Assembly (NCBI GenBank): GCA_973895155.1
Contig: OZ316894.1
Coordinates: 14,585,680 to 14,649,679 of the forward strand
DNA length: 64,000 bases
Direction: 5' to 3'
Source: Marsupella aquatica
Lineage: Eukaryota > Plantae > Marchantiophyta
The notes below the pieces were generated by a model, which searched no databases, was not told the DNA's origin, and worked only from the letters and a program-made list of their open reading frames with translations. The translations under genes and the position numbers were made by a program. Positions 1-13,400 of the stretch are shown piece after piece. Position 1 is the first letter of the stretch. Each line of letters starts with the position of its first letter.

Positions 1-927
1 GTCCAGGCGAGATTGGACCAGTACACCATTCCGTACCCTTCGCCAAGTAAATCGTGAGCCAGTCACCTGGCCAAGAACAGAATAAGCATCTTGCAGATCC
101 AAACGGAGCTTTAGGAAGCGCCAGAACTCAAGCTCCCGTCCATGAATCAGTGGGGAGGGGCCACTGGAGTCCGCCCGTAGCTCAGTCATATTGAAATCTC
201 CACATAGTACCCATCTATCTTGCGGAAGTTCACTTCTCAGGTCATTCCACAGCAAAGCTCTCTCACCATTGGAATTAGGCGCATACACGATGATCAGCCC
301 AAAATTCCCTTCTGGATGCTCCAGTTGGACCCAAACAGCACGACCACGGTCTAATTTACCAGATGCCAAAACTTTATAAGAAGGGTTGAGGAGAATGGTT
401 GTACCCCCTCTGCCTTCCTCAGGGGCAGAGTAGAAATGTTGATATTGAGGTAAAATAGTATGTAGGGCCAGATCTAAACAAAAACTGTCAGCCTTGACTT
501 CTTGCGGGGTATTTACAAACGACAGGAAACAGCAAACAGTAACAGAAAACAGAAACTGGTAACAGGAAAATGAGTGGTAATTTTTTTTGGGGAAAAAAAA
601 TTTCAAAATTTAATTTTTTTTGCTGGCGCCCAAAGCTAGCCAAAAAATGTTGTAACTTAGATTTTTTTGGAAAATGAAACTTTTTAGAAAATATTTTGAT
701 ATGGTTATTTTTCCTGGTAACAGTAACTTTTTGCTGGTAACAGGAAAAATTTTCCTGGTACTAGTAAACTTGTTTCCTATTTACTGTCACGCGTGCCATA
801 CCCCTTCTTGCAAGGCAAGGGCGTCCAGTGGCGGTCTCAAGGAAGAGGTCCATTTCATGACAACATTTTTCCGGTCTGGGTCACATAAACCACAGACATT
901 CCAAGAAGCAAAATTAAAAAGTGCCAT
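1..927 (-). pseudogene. LINE ORF2 apurinic-type endonuclease domain, disrupted by a MITE
   Basis: Removing 506-803 and one TSD gives MALFNFASWNVCGL..LDALALQE|VKADSF..GRGGTTILL..IVYAPN..WVLCGDFN..FTW..SRLD, the canonical LINE endonuclease motifs. Confidence 0.92.
506..803. mobile_element. MITE (Mutator-like), copy 1
   Basis: AT-rich, 298 bp, ends GGGGTAT...ATACCC, flanked by direct repeat CTTCTTGC (498-505 / 804-811). Repeated TGGTAACAGGAAAA-type motifs; homologous to 40996-41377. Confidence 0.88.
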
Positions 928-1164
928 TTCACCTGGCTCCCACTCATCAATGAATGTACCGCTGCTGATGCAGCCCGCCTTCGCAAGCTCAGCATACAAT
1001 CTAAATGAAGGTGGTAGAACTTGCATTCACCACCGGCAAGTCACCAGGGGAATCAGGTACCATGTCGAGGGGAGCTTCACGGGCGATAGTCCCAGCATCA
1101 ATCTCCTTCAGAGGGGAGCTCCCAGATTTCTTCTTGTGTTCACGACTCTGCTTCCGTCCAGGTC

Positions 1165-2871
1165 TCACCCATCCTTCAACATCCTACAGGTTGGAATCAG
1201 GGGAAAATTGTAAGGATTTCTGATTTTTGCTTTCTTCTTTTCCTTTTCCTTTTTCTTATCTTCTGGAGGTGATCTTCTGGCTAGCTTTTGAGCTCTCTCC
1301 TTCTTCTGTGAGGTACGAGTAATGAAGCCCTCATACTCAGACACCTCCATGTCAGAGGGAATTTCAGGGTTAGAAAGATCTTCCTCCACCTCATCCATGT
1401 CATCAGAAGCCCCCATAGTCAGCAGCAAGATTACTGGCGTTTCAGCAGGTTGTGTTGAGTGATGCAAAATCTCAGAATGCTCGATAAGGGTCTCCGGTTC
1501 AGCGGCAGTGTCAAGAACAGCTTCACTCCTGTTTATGACTTGCAGGTCCTGGATAACCTTTGGGATGGCACTTGAATCTGATAGAAGATGTACAGAAGTC
1601 ACTCTCAGGTCCATAGCTTCTGTGGATTCATCAATGGCCCTGCCAATTACAACTAAACGAGAATCTCCAACAAGATCCAGGGGGTTCCCAAAAAGAGCAA
1701 AGTCCCCTTCGGCCAGCGCAGGTTGTTTCTGAACCAAGGGTAGGACACTCCTCATGGCTGCTGAGGGCAATGAAGAACTAGCCAGAGGTTGGTCCTGCGG
1801 AACAGAAGCAGAAGCAATACCGTCCCTCTCCAGAGTTGCAGCAGCCAACGGCTCGGTAGTTTCAGGCACCAATGGAGTTGGCAGCACGTTTGCCGTAGTA
1901 TTGGCAGTTGACTCCTCATGAAGGCGACAGTCCCTGGCGAGATGGCCCTTCTTGTTACAGTTAAAGCAATGAAAGGGGATGTTCTTAAATATTACCGGTT
2001 GCGAGATAGAAAGGTCAGCCTTGATCTGTACCTCCCGCTTGGTATCCCATAGTACACAAGCCCTGTCATGTGGATATGAGCTCAGATCATCCCCCTGAAT
2101 GTAGTGAAGGATGTCACCTAGAGAAGCAGCAAGCTTTTGATGACAAGGTTCAAGTAGCAAAGCACGGAACAGAATCTCAATCCATACTGGTAGCAATGTG
2201 TACGATTCACTCCTGATGTCGAAGGAAGGGTCCCATGGAAATGTGAATACAAATTTTTGCTCTAAGAACCACGGGGCACTCGCCAGTGCAAAGTCCCGGT
2301 GTTCAAGATACTTAAAGACTACCATATAAAAAAATTTCCCTACGAATTTCACCTAAGACACAGGCCAATTCATCTCTGTTACAAAGGACTTCTCCACCCA
2401 TAATTTAAAGGTGGGTAGCATGGGGACATGGTCAGTAAAATAGCACATCATAGAACAATTATATAGTTCAGTCACTGTCTCTTCCGCCTCTTCTAGAGAC
2501 CATTGAATAGTGGTATGGAGCTTAGATGGCCAGTCCTGGACTGACAGATCTGAAATGCGTCTAAGGAGGGGAATGCAAGCCTCAGCCTCCTCCGCCCTGT
2601 GTTGAGCCGTCGTCTGATCCCGCTCACGAGCCAAAGCATCGTTCTCCTGCAGGTCCTCCATGTGCATATCTTGCTCATCCTGGCTAATCCTTTCCCCAAT
2701 ATCTTCTCTATGGAAATCATCGTAAGCAAGCTTCTGTCGCCCTTCTAATTCATCCATTGATACCACTGCTTGAGCTCTCGATTGATCCCATCGTGAAAAG
2801 CCATCAGTGTGATCTCCCGTCGGGCGCAGACCAAACCAACTCTGATTGGGCTCAGGGTCAATGCAAGGGAC
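1165..2871 (-). pseudogene. LINE ORF1 (DUF4283 RRM-like domain + CCHC zinc knuckle) with an in-frame stop at 2353-2355
   Basis: ORFs 2353..2766 and 1165..2352 are in the same frame. Motifs FFYMVVFK..APWF..FPWDPSFD..PVWIE and CFNCNKKGHLARDC. Confidence 0.88.
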
Positions 2872-5800
2872 TGTGGTGCCGCCGGTACGGCGAGTAATGA
2901 GTAATTCAGTCTAGACCGCGCTTAGCATGCGCGTTAGGGGTATCTTAGGCCGCTATTATTAGCTTAACAACAGTATTTAGGTAACCATTATGAGTAGGAA
3001 ATCATTAGTCAATAAGGGGAATTCATGTTCGGACTGGTGGCGTGTCGCCATTCGCACGCCCGGGTTGCGAGCGTGGAGGGGCCCCTCCCTCGGGTCTATA
3101 TAACGGACTTAGGGAAGCGGCCACTGACACGCACTGACTTAGACCGGCGGAGTGGCCGGTACACTACAAGCGTGAATGGTTCAGCCTATAGGCAACGAGG
3201 AGACATCGGGTGATCGACGAGCCCTCAAGGTATAAAAAGGGAGCCGACCCTTTGTAGTGCACCAGTCCATCAGTCCACGCGCCAGCTTCAACCCCAGCTC
3301 TCTCGTTCTCTCTTAGTCGCCACTGCTATCTCCTCTGAATGTCGCACATGATCCTCTCCAGTTTGGCCATTCGATTCTGGACGCAGTTCCTATCTACCGG
3401 AAGACACTTGGCCGACTCATTGAAACACGCCAACCCGCGCCGATACAAAATCGAACGCGAGTACGAGAGAGCCATCCGCCTAGCAGGACGACACCACTAT
3501 ATCCTTAACTTTGACTACTTGTCTCAGAGCGAGCTTTACCGACCAGCAGAGGTATCAGGGTACTTCTTCAACGGAGACAAATATATCGGTTTCTGGGAAG
3601 CATTGCTTTGGCTTCCGGACGAGGTCTTTAATATCCCGGGTACGATTGACTTGCAACGGCATCACTTTGACCACATCCTTGCTCAGGTTCATGCTATCAT
3701 CAACAACGAGTCCAACACTACCCGTTCGACAAGGCCGTCTGCACTTGCTTCGGAGAACTTCTACCAGCACCTGCAGAGCTTCATGGGAACTAGACCCTCA
3801 ACCGCCGGCGCCGGCCCAGTCGACCCCATACCCGTACCCGTACCAATGCAGACTCAGGCTCAGCTTCAGTCTCAACCTCAGCCTAGCCAACCCACACCGC
3901 CGATCGCCCCGCCAGTACAAGTACGCTCCATCATCAATGCTGTGGACCTTAGCGATGACGTCGAGGCTACCCCACCCTTGCTCAGGCGGCCCAGAGGAGC
4001 AAACACTCAGGGGGCCGACACTACATCGTCCCCTCCCCATGTCCGGACCCAAGGAACGGCTCCAGTAGACAACATGGTGACCGTGGCCGCCTTGGGCCCA
4101 ATACTAACGGCGGTAGCATTACCTATGGCCGATCGAGAGGATGGGGAGGTGTCACCCTCCCCGAGCCAGTCACGGGGGAAGAAGAGGAAGGAACCCGCTG
4201 CTGCATCCGGGTTACCAATGGCCACGATAGCCGCGGCCAAGGTGACAATGCACCGCATGGGGGAAAACGTGCATAAAAACATCATCCATCCCAAACATGC
4301 AGTGTACCTGAAAACTCAGGGATTCGAGCACCTCGCCTCTCTCCCCTGGAACACTTGCAGGTACTATGGGGAGGACATGACGGAATTCGTCAAGAATTAT
4401 GACGACGCACGTCAACATACTCGGCTGCGGGGAAGGAATATGTCCCTCACGGAAGAACGGCTCAAGATGATCTTCGGGTTACCCGAAGGTGACCACAGAG
4501 TCAAATCATGGGCTCCCGGGGGCAAGGGAGCCAAGTACCAATCCTCGAGTTTTCCCTCCGAGGGATCAGTGGACAACGGGTTCGTGATGAGGACCTGCCT
4601 CATCCTCGAGATAGCTGAGCGACTGGAGTTCCAAAGGTACGCCCTCCACATGATGGAGCCCCGGGGGGAGATCTCCGCTGCCCAGGTTATCCAGGTCGAG
4701 AACTATCGACCTAGGAAGTGGGCGTCATACTTCGCTAAGAAATTCCATGAAGAAATGGAGCGGCAAAGAAAGACGCTATACATTGGCGGGAAGGCGTATT
4801 TTGCCAGCCACATCGAGATCATTCTCGAGTGGTACACTCGGTTTGATCGACAAACCCTTCCCCGTGTCAACGTAACAAAGCTGGTCCTAGCTAGGTGGGT
4901 TTTCCTGGCCTTGGAGAGATGGCCCCAACCCGAGGCCCAAAGTCCAGCGGCCACGCAGGCTTCACCCACCCCACCTCCACAAGTAGCTGTAGCCGTGGCC
5001 GAGGAGGTACCGAATGGGTCGGTAATCGCAACCGTAGATGCGATCAACCAGGCCGGGCCAAGTACAGAAGTTGGGACAGCGGAGGCCTTACTCGAGCCCG
5101 GGTCTCCCAAAGACCCACCGGTGGCTATTCCGGAGGACCGGACATTGCTGCAGGTGACACTCCAACCCCTTCCAACACTACGTCCCCAGGGCTGGATGTC
5201 ACTGCCCCGGCCCCCGCGCGTGTTGACGTCTGCCCGTGCCCAACTCCGGACAGGCATAACCTGGACCACCCGGAACTCTTCGTACCGGGTATATTTCTGA
5301 ATGGGCTTCTGGGAGATTTCTCTCATCAAATTTCCCGGGATACCGGGGAGTTCATGGCCCGGAAGGTAGCCTGTTTCTTCCATCAGGAGTTGGTTGCCGC
5401 AGTAAAGGCAGGTCGGGCCCAGTCAGAGGCCCTTTAGAGGATAGAGCGATATCGGGTGGAGTCCGTATACTTAAAGAACAAAGTTGCAGCTCAAGAGGCT
5501 GAGATTATGCAACTACGACCCAAAGTTGCAGCCGCCAATGAGTTGTTAGCGAAGGCGCGCGCCCTTACCGCCCTAGCCAAACAGGCCAAAGCTGGGAACG
5601 AAGCCGAGATTGCACGACTCCGGAACCAGATTGACAGTTTGAAGAATCAAACTATCATCTGGCAGAAAGACCTGGAGGAGGCCGAAGAACGGGCCCAGCG
5701 AGATGCTGTGAAGATAGCCATGCTACAGGCCAAAGTGGCGCGGCTCCAAACCGAAGCCGAGAAGCAGGACCAATTGGTGGGCAAGCTGACGAGCGATGCC

Positions 5801-7103
5801 CAGCAGCTGGAGGAGGCATGCCAGGAGGCAGCGGAGGAGATAGACGCGGCGAAGCGAGAGAACAAATCTCTGCTGGACCAGGTCCAGCTCCTCAAGGCGG
5901 ACAACGACAGACTTCGTAAGCAGCGGGATGGCCGCTCCCACGCGGGCGGCTCTGGCAAGCGTGCCAGGCATTAGCGGCGAAGTAGGAATAGAATAGGGTT
6001 AGGAATAGCTAAATCAGGCTATGGGGACAGGAACCTGCCCTAGTTAGAGCACCACCGCCATGCTGTCCAGCCTGCGTAGGTTAGGATCTTCTAATAAGAC
6101 ACAACCATTTTTCGGCCTGACAGTCAGATTAGTTAGGACCTAAGTCAGCGAATCTTTGGGCGGGAGGATACTCCGTTCCTCGGCCCTTAGTATTTAGTGC
6201 ACCCCTCGGTAGAGGCAGGTTTTTAGTCTCAGTATTGGACATCCGCAGTATGTGCGGGGAGTCCCGACCTCTGGGAGTGAAAGAGTACCAAGGGGAGGGT
6301 GTAAGACTAAGCTCGCTGGGCGAGTGCGGAGCCTGGCTCCGTTGTAGTGTACACCCTCGGCCTCGGACCTGTTCCTCCAGAGCATTCGGGTCAACCAAGT
6401 GTACGTGTATGTCTCTTATGGAGTAAAATCCCTTCCCGTTATTTCCTTCATGTAAATTGAGATTTTATGCTTGTGCGTATGTATGTGTGTGAATCTCGTG
6501 TATAGGTGCCAACGCTTGGCCGAACGCACTACCCAAGTAGTGCACGGGGTGCAGCTTGCGTGTACGTGGTTGCGAGCCCGGGTTGAGCACCCATATCACC
6601 AAAATCCGGATCGAAGGCGGACAATATGAAGGCTTAGAAGCCCTTAAGCCAGGGTCGATCCTGCTATTGATTGAGGTACGTTTTGGCGGCGGAACACAAA
6701 TCATACCTAGGAGGTGTCCGTATATGACGATAGGCGCACTTAGCGCTATTTTACGTAAGTTGGGTGCATTCTGTGCCTCCCTCCCTGCCTGAACCCTCAT
6801 TTTGACAAAGGATGTGCCTGTTTAAGCCGAAGCCCGGAGTAAGGCCAAGGCTGACGACGTGACAGGGGCATGCGGTACTTGGGGAGCGGGGCGCCAAGTG
6901 TTAGTCGAATCGGACCGAGCATCCTGGCCCGAGAAGCTCTGCTCATTGAGTGGTGCAACATGGAGCGCAGTAGGGCCATGGTCAGAAAATGTCTATCGAG
7001 CATTAGACTAGGATCCACCCAATGTCCGGCTCCACCTTCAGCGTCGTATTGAGTAGCATCACGCCGCACCTGGCCCTCACGGGGATAAGCAGGGCCAGTC
7101 ATA
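2872..7103 (+). mobile_element. 4.2-kb LTR-retrotransposon-derived insertion, apparently a giant solo LTR (Gypsy, Athila/Tat-like) with an internal ORF
   Basis: Starts TGTGG and ends TCATA (probably TCACA with C>T). 5-bp TSD GGGAC at 2867-2871 and 7104-7108. No gag/pol and no internal terminal repeat seen. TATAAAA at ~3231. Confidence 0.7.
3339..5974 (+). pseudogene. Retroelement accessory ORF: plant-mobile-domain/Transposase_32-like region, then a Pro-rich linker and a long coiled coil (one frameshift, one stop)
   Basis: ORFs 3339..5300, 4895..5437 and 5456..5974. Motif EFVKNY...GRNMSLTEERLKMIFGLPEG; heptad-rich C-terminus ending in an NLS-like KRARH. Confidence 0.6.
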
Positions 7104-8240
7104 GGGACACCCGACCCACAAAGTTCCGCGAGCTCCTCGGCTGATAAGACATGTGCTCCGCCACCCGTAATAGGATATGGGTTGAAGGATCATGGCCCGA
7201 ATTGCAAAAGGTACCGGGAGAAGAGGGTCCCCAGATGGTCAACAGAGAATCGACGTAGAATTCAGTTTTTCTACTAGGATGGGCACTCGAGTGCTAGTAA
7301 AAGACAACCAATCTTCAGGGAAGAAAGTCAAGTGCTCACCAGAAGCAATACACATAAGCAGGTGCTGCTTGATCTGCTCCAATCTTTCCTCGCGCAGTAG
7401 CACCTTGTATAACTCATTTGAGCAGACCAGAGCTGCAGACGATATGAGACACCACCCAAGCAGGCAGAGATTCTGTCTCTCCCGAGTGCACCATCTCTTC
7501 ACGCAAAATCACTCCGCCGGTAGCCCGACACTAATTGTTGTTTGCGCAGTTGCATCGCGGGAAACTCACGAGATCATGCCCAAGCTCCAAAAAGATGAAG
7601 GTGCCCCCCGAAAAGGCAAAGGAGCTGCCTCTCCCAAATGCGTAATCTCCCGTTGTGTTAAACCCTCGCGATCCTGCCTTTCTCCAAAAACTCAAGACTC
7701 CTTCACATTAAACCTCCGCCCACGAGAAGCACCTAAACCGGTATACCTTAACCGTGTTTTATCATAAGAACGTCGAGACCCTAATTCTTGCTAATGTGCT
7801 CGTTCTTCTTCGTTCCACTGCCCAAAGAACTCAAGTTTGTTTCGTAGGATAGCGGTGAGTACCTCCACTCCGGAGGTGAAAGGCAAGCTGATCAAGGCAA
7901 CAAGAACGACCAGCAAAGTCAATCCAAAGACCCACACGAGACAGATCCAAAGTGCTTCAGTCCTTTCAGCTCCGCCCAGTACTCCTGTTCAGTCACCTTC
8001 AGCGGCAGCAATCTGGGATTACCCTCGATTATACCCAATTTTGCCTTTTGTCTCGATGAAATCTGGTGTAGAATTACTATCTATGGTTGATAGTGGGGGG
8101 GGGAGGGAGTTCACAGACCTCTGGCCTTTTTTTATTTGAGTGCTGCTGAGATCTCCACGGATCCGCCTACAACCTTCCAAAATCAATGCTCTCCTGAATC
8201 AATGTCCCCTTGGAAAAAAAAATTGATGAGCACCTTCCAC

Positions 8241-8380
8241 CTGATAACGTGTTCAACATCACAATAATCCATCCTCCTTTATTCATATCCCTTCATATAC
8301 ATAGGAGGTTGCTAAGGTGGTTGGTTGTGTAACCGCCTTAGTCCTAACCTTTGGGTAGACCTAACCCAGGGGTTATAACA
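8241..8380 (-). mobile_element. Short (131-bp) LTR remnant (8250-8380) with a partial half-tRNA-type PBS
   Basis: TGTT...AACA termini. On the minus strand it is followed by CGTTATCAG, the start of the same PBS as the Bianca element at 37024-37037. Confidence 0.45.
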
Positions 8381-8559
8381 CTTCTCAAATTTTGATGAAA
8401 AAATCAAACTTTTTTTTGCATTTTTTTCCCCGCCGCAACTCGGCTGCCTCTCTGAGATGACATGGCAATTGATATCACTGATGGACTTCACTAATAACTG
8501 ATGAAATTACTTATCTCGAGTGAAATTTGAGGTGCCCATTATCAGGATCTTGACATGGG

Positions 8560-8860
8560 AAAGGGAAGGAGAATAAAGGAGCTTAACAACATGGATCCAT
8601 GAAATGGAGGAATTAGCATACACACATGAGCAAACAGTGAGGCAAAATGATCAACAACAAGCCAAATGGAAGTTCAATGTGTGACCATTGAGGAAGGGGA
8701 TCTTATTTTGCTCTATGATAATAGTTTTATGCATTTCCCCAATAAGTTACACACACGATGGGGGTGCACTTAGTCTTCCCCAATGGATCAGTTCAACTCA
8801 AGATGTTGGAGGGGGAGCCACTCAATACTTTGATCAACCAAGAGCAACTAAAAAACTATA
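8560..8860 (+). pseudogene. Gypsy integrase C-terminal remnant
   Basis: Degenerate translation EEGDLILLYDNSFMHFPNKLHTRWG..VFPNGSVQLKMLEGEPL..INQEQLKNY matches the GD.VLL/KL..RW.GP/N..RLK.Y integrase tail. Confidence 0.7.
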
Positions 8861-9195
8861 GTTACACCAATTTAGAAATCCCAGTAGTAACTTAGTACTA
8901 GACAAAGTAGACAAAGTAGACAAGTAGGTGTAGACAAAGTGGCTGAGTTTTTAATTGTGTTCCTTAGTTTTAATAAGTTTTGTTTTTTGCATAATATTAA
9001 AGTTGCCACAATCAGAAGCCAGAGTTGATGGGGGGTTTTTGGTGGTGATGGGATGTTGTCCCAGGGTGGCATTGGAGCTGAGAGGGGCAAAAGAAGGCTG
9101 GAAGGGGCCCCCAAAACTGTAAGCCTAGGTTTAGGCATCCTCATGGGTGAGGGCTGTTTAAAGGGTCCAATCCAGGTGCAAACCCAGAAGAATCA

Positions 9196-9495
9196 TATCT
9201 AGAACAATTCAGGGCTATTCACGTGGATGGTGAGCAGTGTAATTATCTAAAACACACCAGGGTCACAGATAGCATTAAAAGAGATCTAGAACAATCCAAG
9301 GCTATTCACATGCAGTGGATGGTGAGCAGTGCAATTATCTAGAACTCGCTACTGACATGCATAGCATTAGAAGATATCTAGAACAATCCAGGACTATTCA
9401 CATGCCCTGGATGGTGAGCAGTGTATATCTAGAGCACACTAGGGTCATATATAGCATTAAAGATATCTAAAATAATCCAGGGCTATTCACATGCC
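9196..9495 (+). repeat. Tandem repeat, ~88-90-bp unit, ~3.4 diverged copies
   Basis: Recurring ATCTAGAACAATCCAGGGCTATTCAC..GGATGGTGAGCAGTG..ATAGCATTA at ~9197, 9284, 9375 and 9464. Confidence 0.85.
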
Positions 9496-10433
9496 ATAGT
9501 TAGGTTTCATATCACTCATTTACTCCTTTGTAAATCTCTTATATATTTTTGTGGATGTTTATGAGTTACTACCCCCCTGCCAGCTCGCTTGGAGCATTAT
9601 CCAATTTGAGGCACAATTTTCAGGTCATAAATAAAACAAAATTACACTTGGGGTTTAGGCTTGTTGATCCATGACCACTCGGTTCATGGCTGAAACCCCC
9701 CTAGGGTTCACCGCTCTCAAAGCCTTCCCGTAACCCCTTGAGGCCATGGGTTATTTTAATACTCCAAATATTAATCCCATAGTTGTAATTTATTTTGAAC
9801 ACGTGCACAAAATTGAGGGGAAATTATGAGGAGAGAGAGCTGCCACCAAAACGTGAAGGAAATTATACTGTTCCTTCTTGAATTGCTCGATATGGATGGT
9901 GAGTCCAGAGCTTGCCAAACTGTCTCCTATTCCTGAACTTTTTTGATTAATAACTTTGGGCTGGGCCACGTCTATATAGATCATAGGCAGCAAAGGCCAG
10001 ATTTAGTCCTACTGTAGTAAACTTACAAGCCTTTCGCTCATGCATTCATTCCCTTCTTCAGTTTCGATAGAACACTTAACACCAATGTCAGTCTTGATTT
10101 TGAGACTGACATTGACACGAACTCAACCAAGATAAAATGTTTTACCGAATTCACTGCACGAGATGGGTCCATTGTGATGAAAATGACTTATCCTTGTAAC
10201 CTTTCGTCCAAAAGTTCCGCTAGATTGTAATATTCAAAGATACTAGACTATTCGAATTAGTCAGTAGATAGCACCTTGACATCTACTATTCTGAATTAGT
10301 TGTGGGCCTTAATAAGAACATTGTACCTTTACTTCAGTTGCAGCTCCCTTGACTTTTATGGTTCTGAAGCTTATAATACATTAGCATTACCAATTAACAT
10401 CAGTGGACTGCAACGTGATCATCATTCGTGGAA

Positions 10434-13400
10434 CTACTGGAATTCCCCTTCTTCATCTCCATCACCATCCTCGCCGTCATTATCTTCTTCCTCTTCCAGT
10501 GCATCTGGATCGACACCCTGAATTCCACAAGGGAAAGAGTGCCACAAAGATCAGCAGTGATGCAGCTAATATTAAATATATCTAGATAAACCCTAAATAA
10601 GCCTGCATACTTGCGATCACGGTCACTATTGTTCCGCAGAGTAACAGCATTTCCAAGACTCCTATCAACTGCTAATGGATCCATCTTACTTTCTTTCCAT
10701 CTTGAACCAAGAATCAGTTTCTTTTTTAGGTGCGGTCAAAGATGTAAATTTCAGGAGCTCATAAAGGGAACATCACTCCAGTAGGACATTTAGTAATCAG
10801 ACTGAGCAAAACAAAGATTCTTGTCGGCTCCTCGCACTGGACTTCTCCCTATAATCTTGATAGTATTACCTTCATCTGCTTTTCCAGTCGTTCAAGGCCC
10901 TTCTTCGCTGCCTCATTGGATGGATTTAGACTGCACATTGGAGGTTAACGCGGTAACGAACTGTAAGCGAGTCCATCTCAAGGTTGACAACTATACAATC
11001 CCCCAACTTCCACAATCTAGCTGGGTATCAAATCAAGAAATTAATCATATCCAGTGCAGACTAAGTTTTAGCAGTATATTTTCAAGGCCTCATTTTAACC
11101 CATTCTTATTCTGATGGCATTTCGGGGTCCCACCTCCTTGGAGTTGATACGGAAGAAAGATTCCTGTTTTCAATGAGATTATGGCACTGGTGACGCGCTC
11201 TCAAATGAGGATAAATAATCCGAACACACTCATCTACGACGAGGCGAGGACTTTATGGAGAAGCATTCAGACCTCAAGGCAGTTTGATAGTGGCAAAGGG
11301 ACTCCCCCAATTTATTTGACAGTGCCAAAATCTGAGCCAGTTTCGAGTGTAAAGAATCATCCGTCCAATTTTTTAGATAGCGCTGCAGGAGAATAATGGC
11401 TTCGTCTAATCTTCCCTCGGCAGCATTCAAATCTGCCAGAGCCAAGACTGCTCCAAGACATCCTGGTTCCAACCGTAAAGCTGACTCATAAAATTTTCGT
11501 CCCTGTTGTAATGCTGGGTTGTGAGAAAGCAACACTCCTGGAAAGCTACAACAGAAACAGACGATGTCCCTGGCAAAAGTGTCGCAAAATCGAGCTACAG
11601 TAATCTTGATTAGCTGGCGTACCTTGCTGCTTTTATTCCAGCTTGAGAGTTTTAGGATAAGACCATCAAGATAGTAGATTGAAAAATGATCATCATTCAA
11701 CAAGTCTAGTCACCTCTCAGAGATGCTCCAGAATTTTAAGAATACTAATCCGCAGGAAAACGTTTGAGTGTGATTGCACCTTCTCTCTGCCATCCGCATT
11801 TTCAGCATAAACATCACCAACTAGAGTGAGAGCTCTGGCCGATTGGGGCATTGCCTTCATTGCCTCTCGAGCAACACACAGTGCTTCTTTGTGCTTTGGG
11901 ATGGTCAAATACGCTCTGACAAGACCTGCCCTGACAATATTGACAGCCTGTTGTCATCATCTGTCCTTGTGACAACTTTTGTCACTGGACATTTTGAACT
12001 TACAGGAGAACAAGCTGTCCAAACGGTGTCTACAAAGAACCAGAGAATATATTCTTCAAATTTCAAAAGTACTCTTCAAGAATATACCTTGATACGCTCG
12101 CAAATCTGCCCTCAGTGACTGGGCCTTCCTGAATGCCATAACAGCAGCCTCTGACCGATTGAGTGATAGTGAAAGACTACCCTGTGGTGCGCAAAATGTC
12201 AGTATTTTCCAACAGAACCCATTGTGCGCAACCGTTCGCCGTTTTAAAAGTAATCCAATCGTCAAGCTTTATGTTTTTAGAAGACACACTAAAAGAAGAA
12301 GTTCCTATATTTCCGTCAAGCTTGTGAGAGTCCTCGATTTGAAAGGCTGGTAAGATATTCTGCAATTTCTGCTCTGTGAAAAGTTTACTCCTCCATCCGT
12401 ATCCAGGTGGGCAACTTGTATTTCTGTAGGTTGAAAAGGTACGATGTAGATGTCTGATCTTTTTTGAAGCCACGACTTAGATCTGGAATATTAGAGACAT
12501 CCCAAAGGGAATCATGTAGGGTGTGAATCATCCGTTTTGTCGGCAATATTGAACGCAGAGAAGTTAAGGCGGGGCTCCAATACTGAGAAGACTGCTATAC
12601 TCCATAAGAGCTGGGAAGGGCTTACCTTGACAAGATAAGCAGTTGTCTGCCTCTCCTCTACGGCCATACTCTGAAACTCACAATTGAAACAATTGAGAAG
12701 ATGAGATTGCAGACAGTAGCTTGAATGCCAAATCATATGAAAACACACAGATGCTCACAAAATCATACCCAATAACTTTATATTTCTCATTAAAACTCAG
12801 TAACTCGAAAATGTTGCAATCCATAAATATTGTCAGAACAATGCCTTGACGATCTCTGATTAACATTCCAGATTGGTATTATCATTAAAAAAGGTGAAAG
12901 CGTACCTTTTCAGCATATGTCAGTGCTCGCATCTTATCGTCCTGCATCTCCCAATACACTGAAGATGCAACCCAAACCTCTGCTCTTGTAGAGTCTATGT
13001 TCAGTAACTCATGAACTAGTCGATTGAGCTCAAGCGGCCGTCCCCTGGTGCACAGTACCATTGCATACTCATCCATGCCACTCACATTGTAGTGATCTGC
13101 CTGTCGAGCCTGTACTACATCACTCAACAACATAACTTGTCAAAATACGAACACGAACATAACTTGTCAAAACACATTAGAAAGGGTTACTTTAGGGTTT
13201 AGGGTTTAGGGTTAAACCCTAAACATATCTCACAGAGAACCAGACGGGCAAGTGGACCTACTACACTGCACAAATCTCAACGAGGCAAACAAAGAACCAT
13301 AGAGCCCTAATCATCTGCACCATGGACAGAACTTCGGACTTCAAACTAGGATACGAAAAGAGTGAGCTTGGAACTGGGCCACCAGGACAGATAAGTTATA

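Larger units (their letters stand above)
1..8150 (-). mobile_element. L1-clade LINE (5' part: upstream region, ORF1, endonuclease of ORF2), interrupted by a MITE (506-803) and a 4.2-kb LTR-like insertion (2872-7103). It continues off the left edge; the right boundary is approximate.
   Basis: A DUF4283 + CCHC ORF1 and an APE-endonuclease ORF2 lie on the minus strand. The ORF1 frame reads open across the 2872-7103 insertion (..LAELCGSG|VPCIDPEPNQSW..). Confidence 0.8.
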
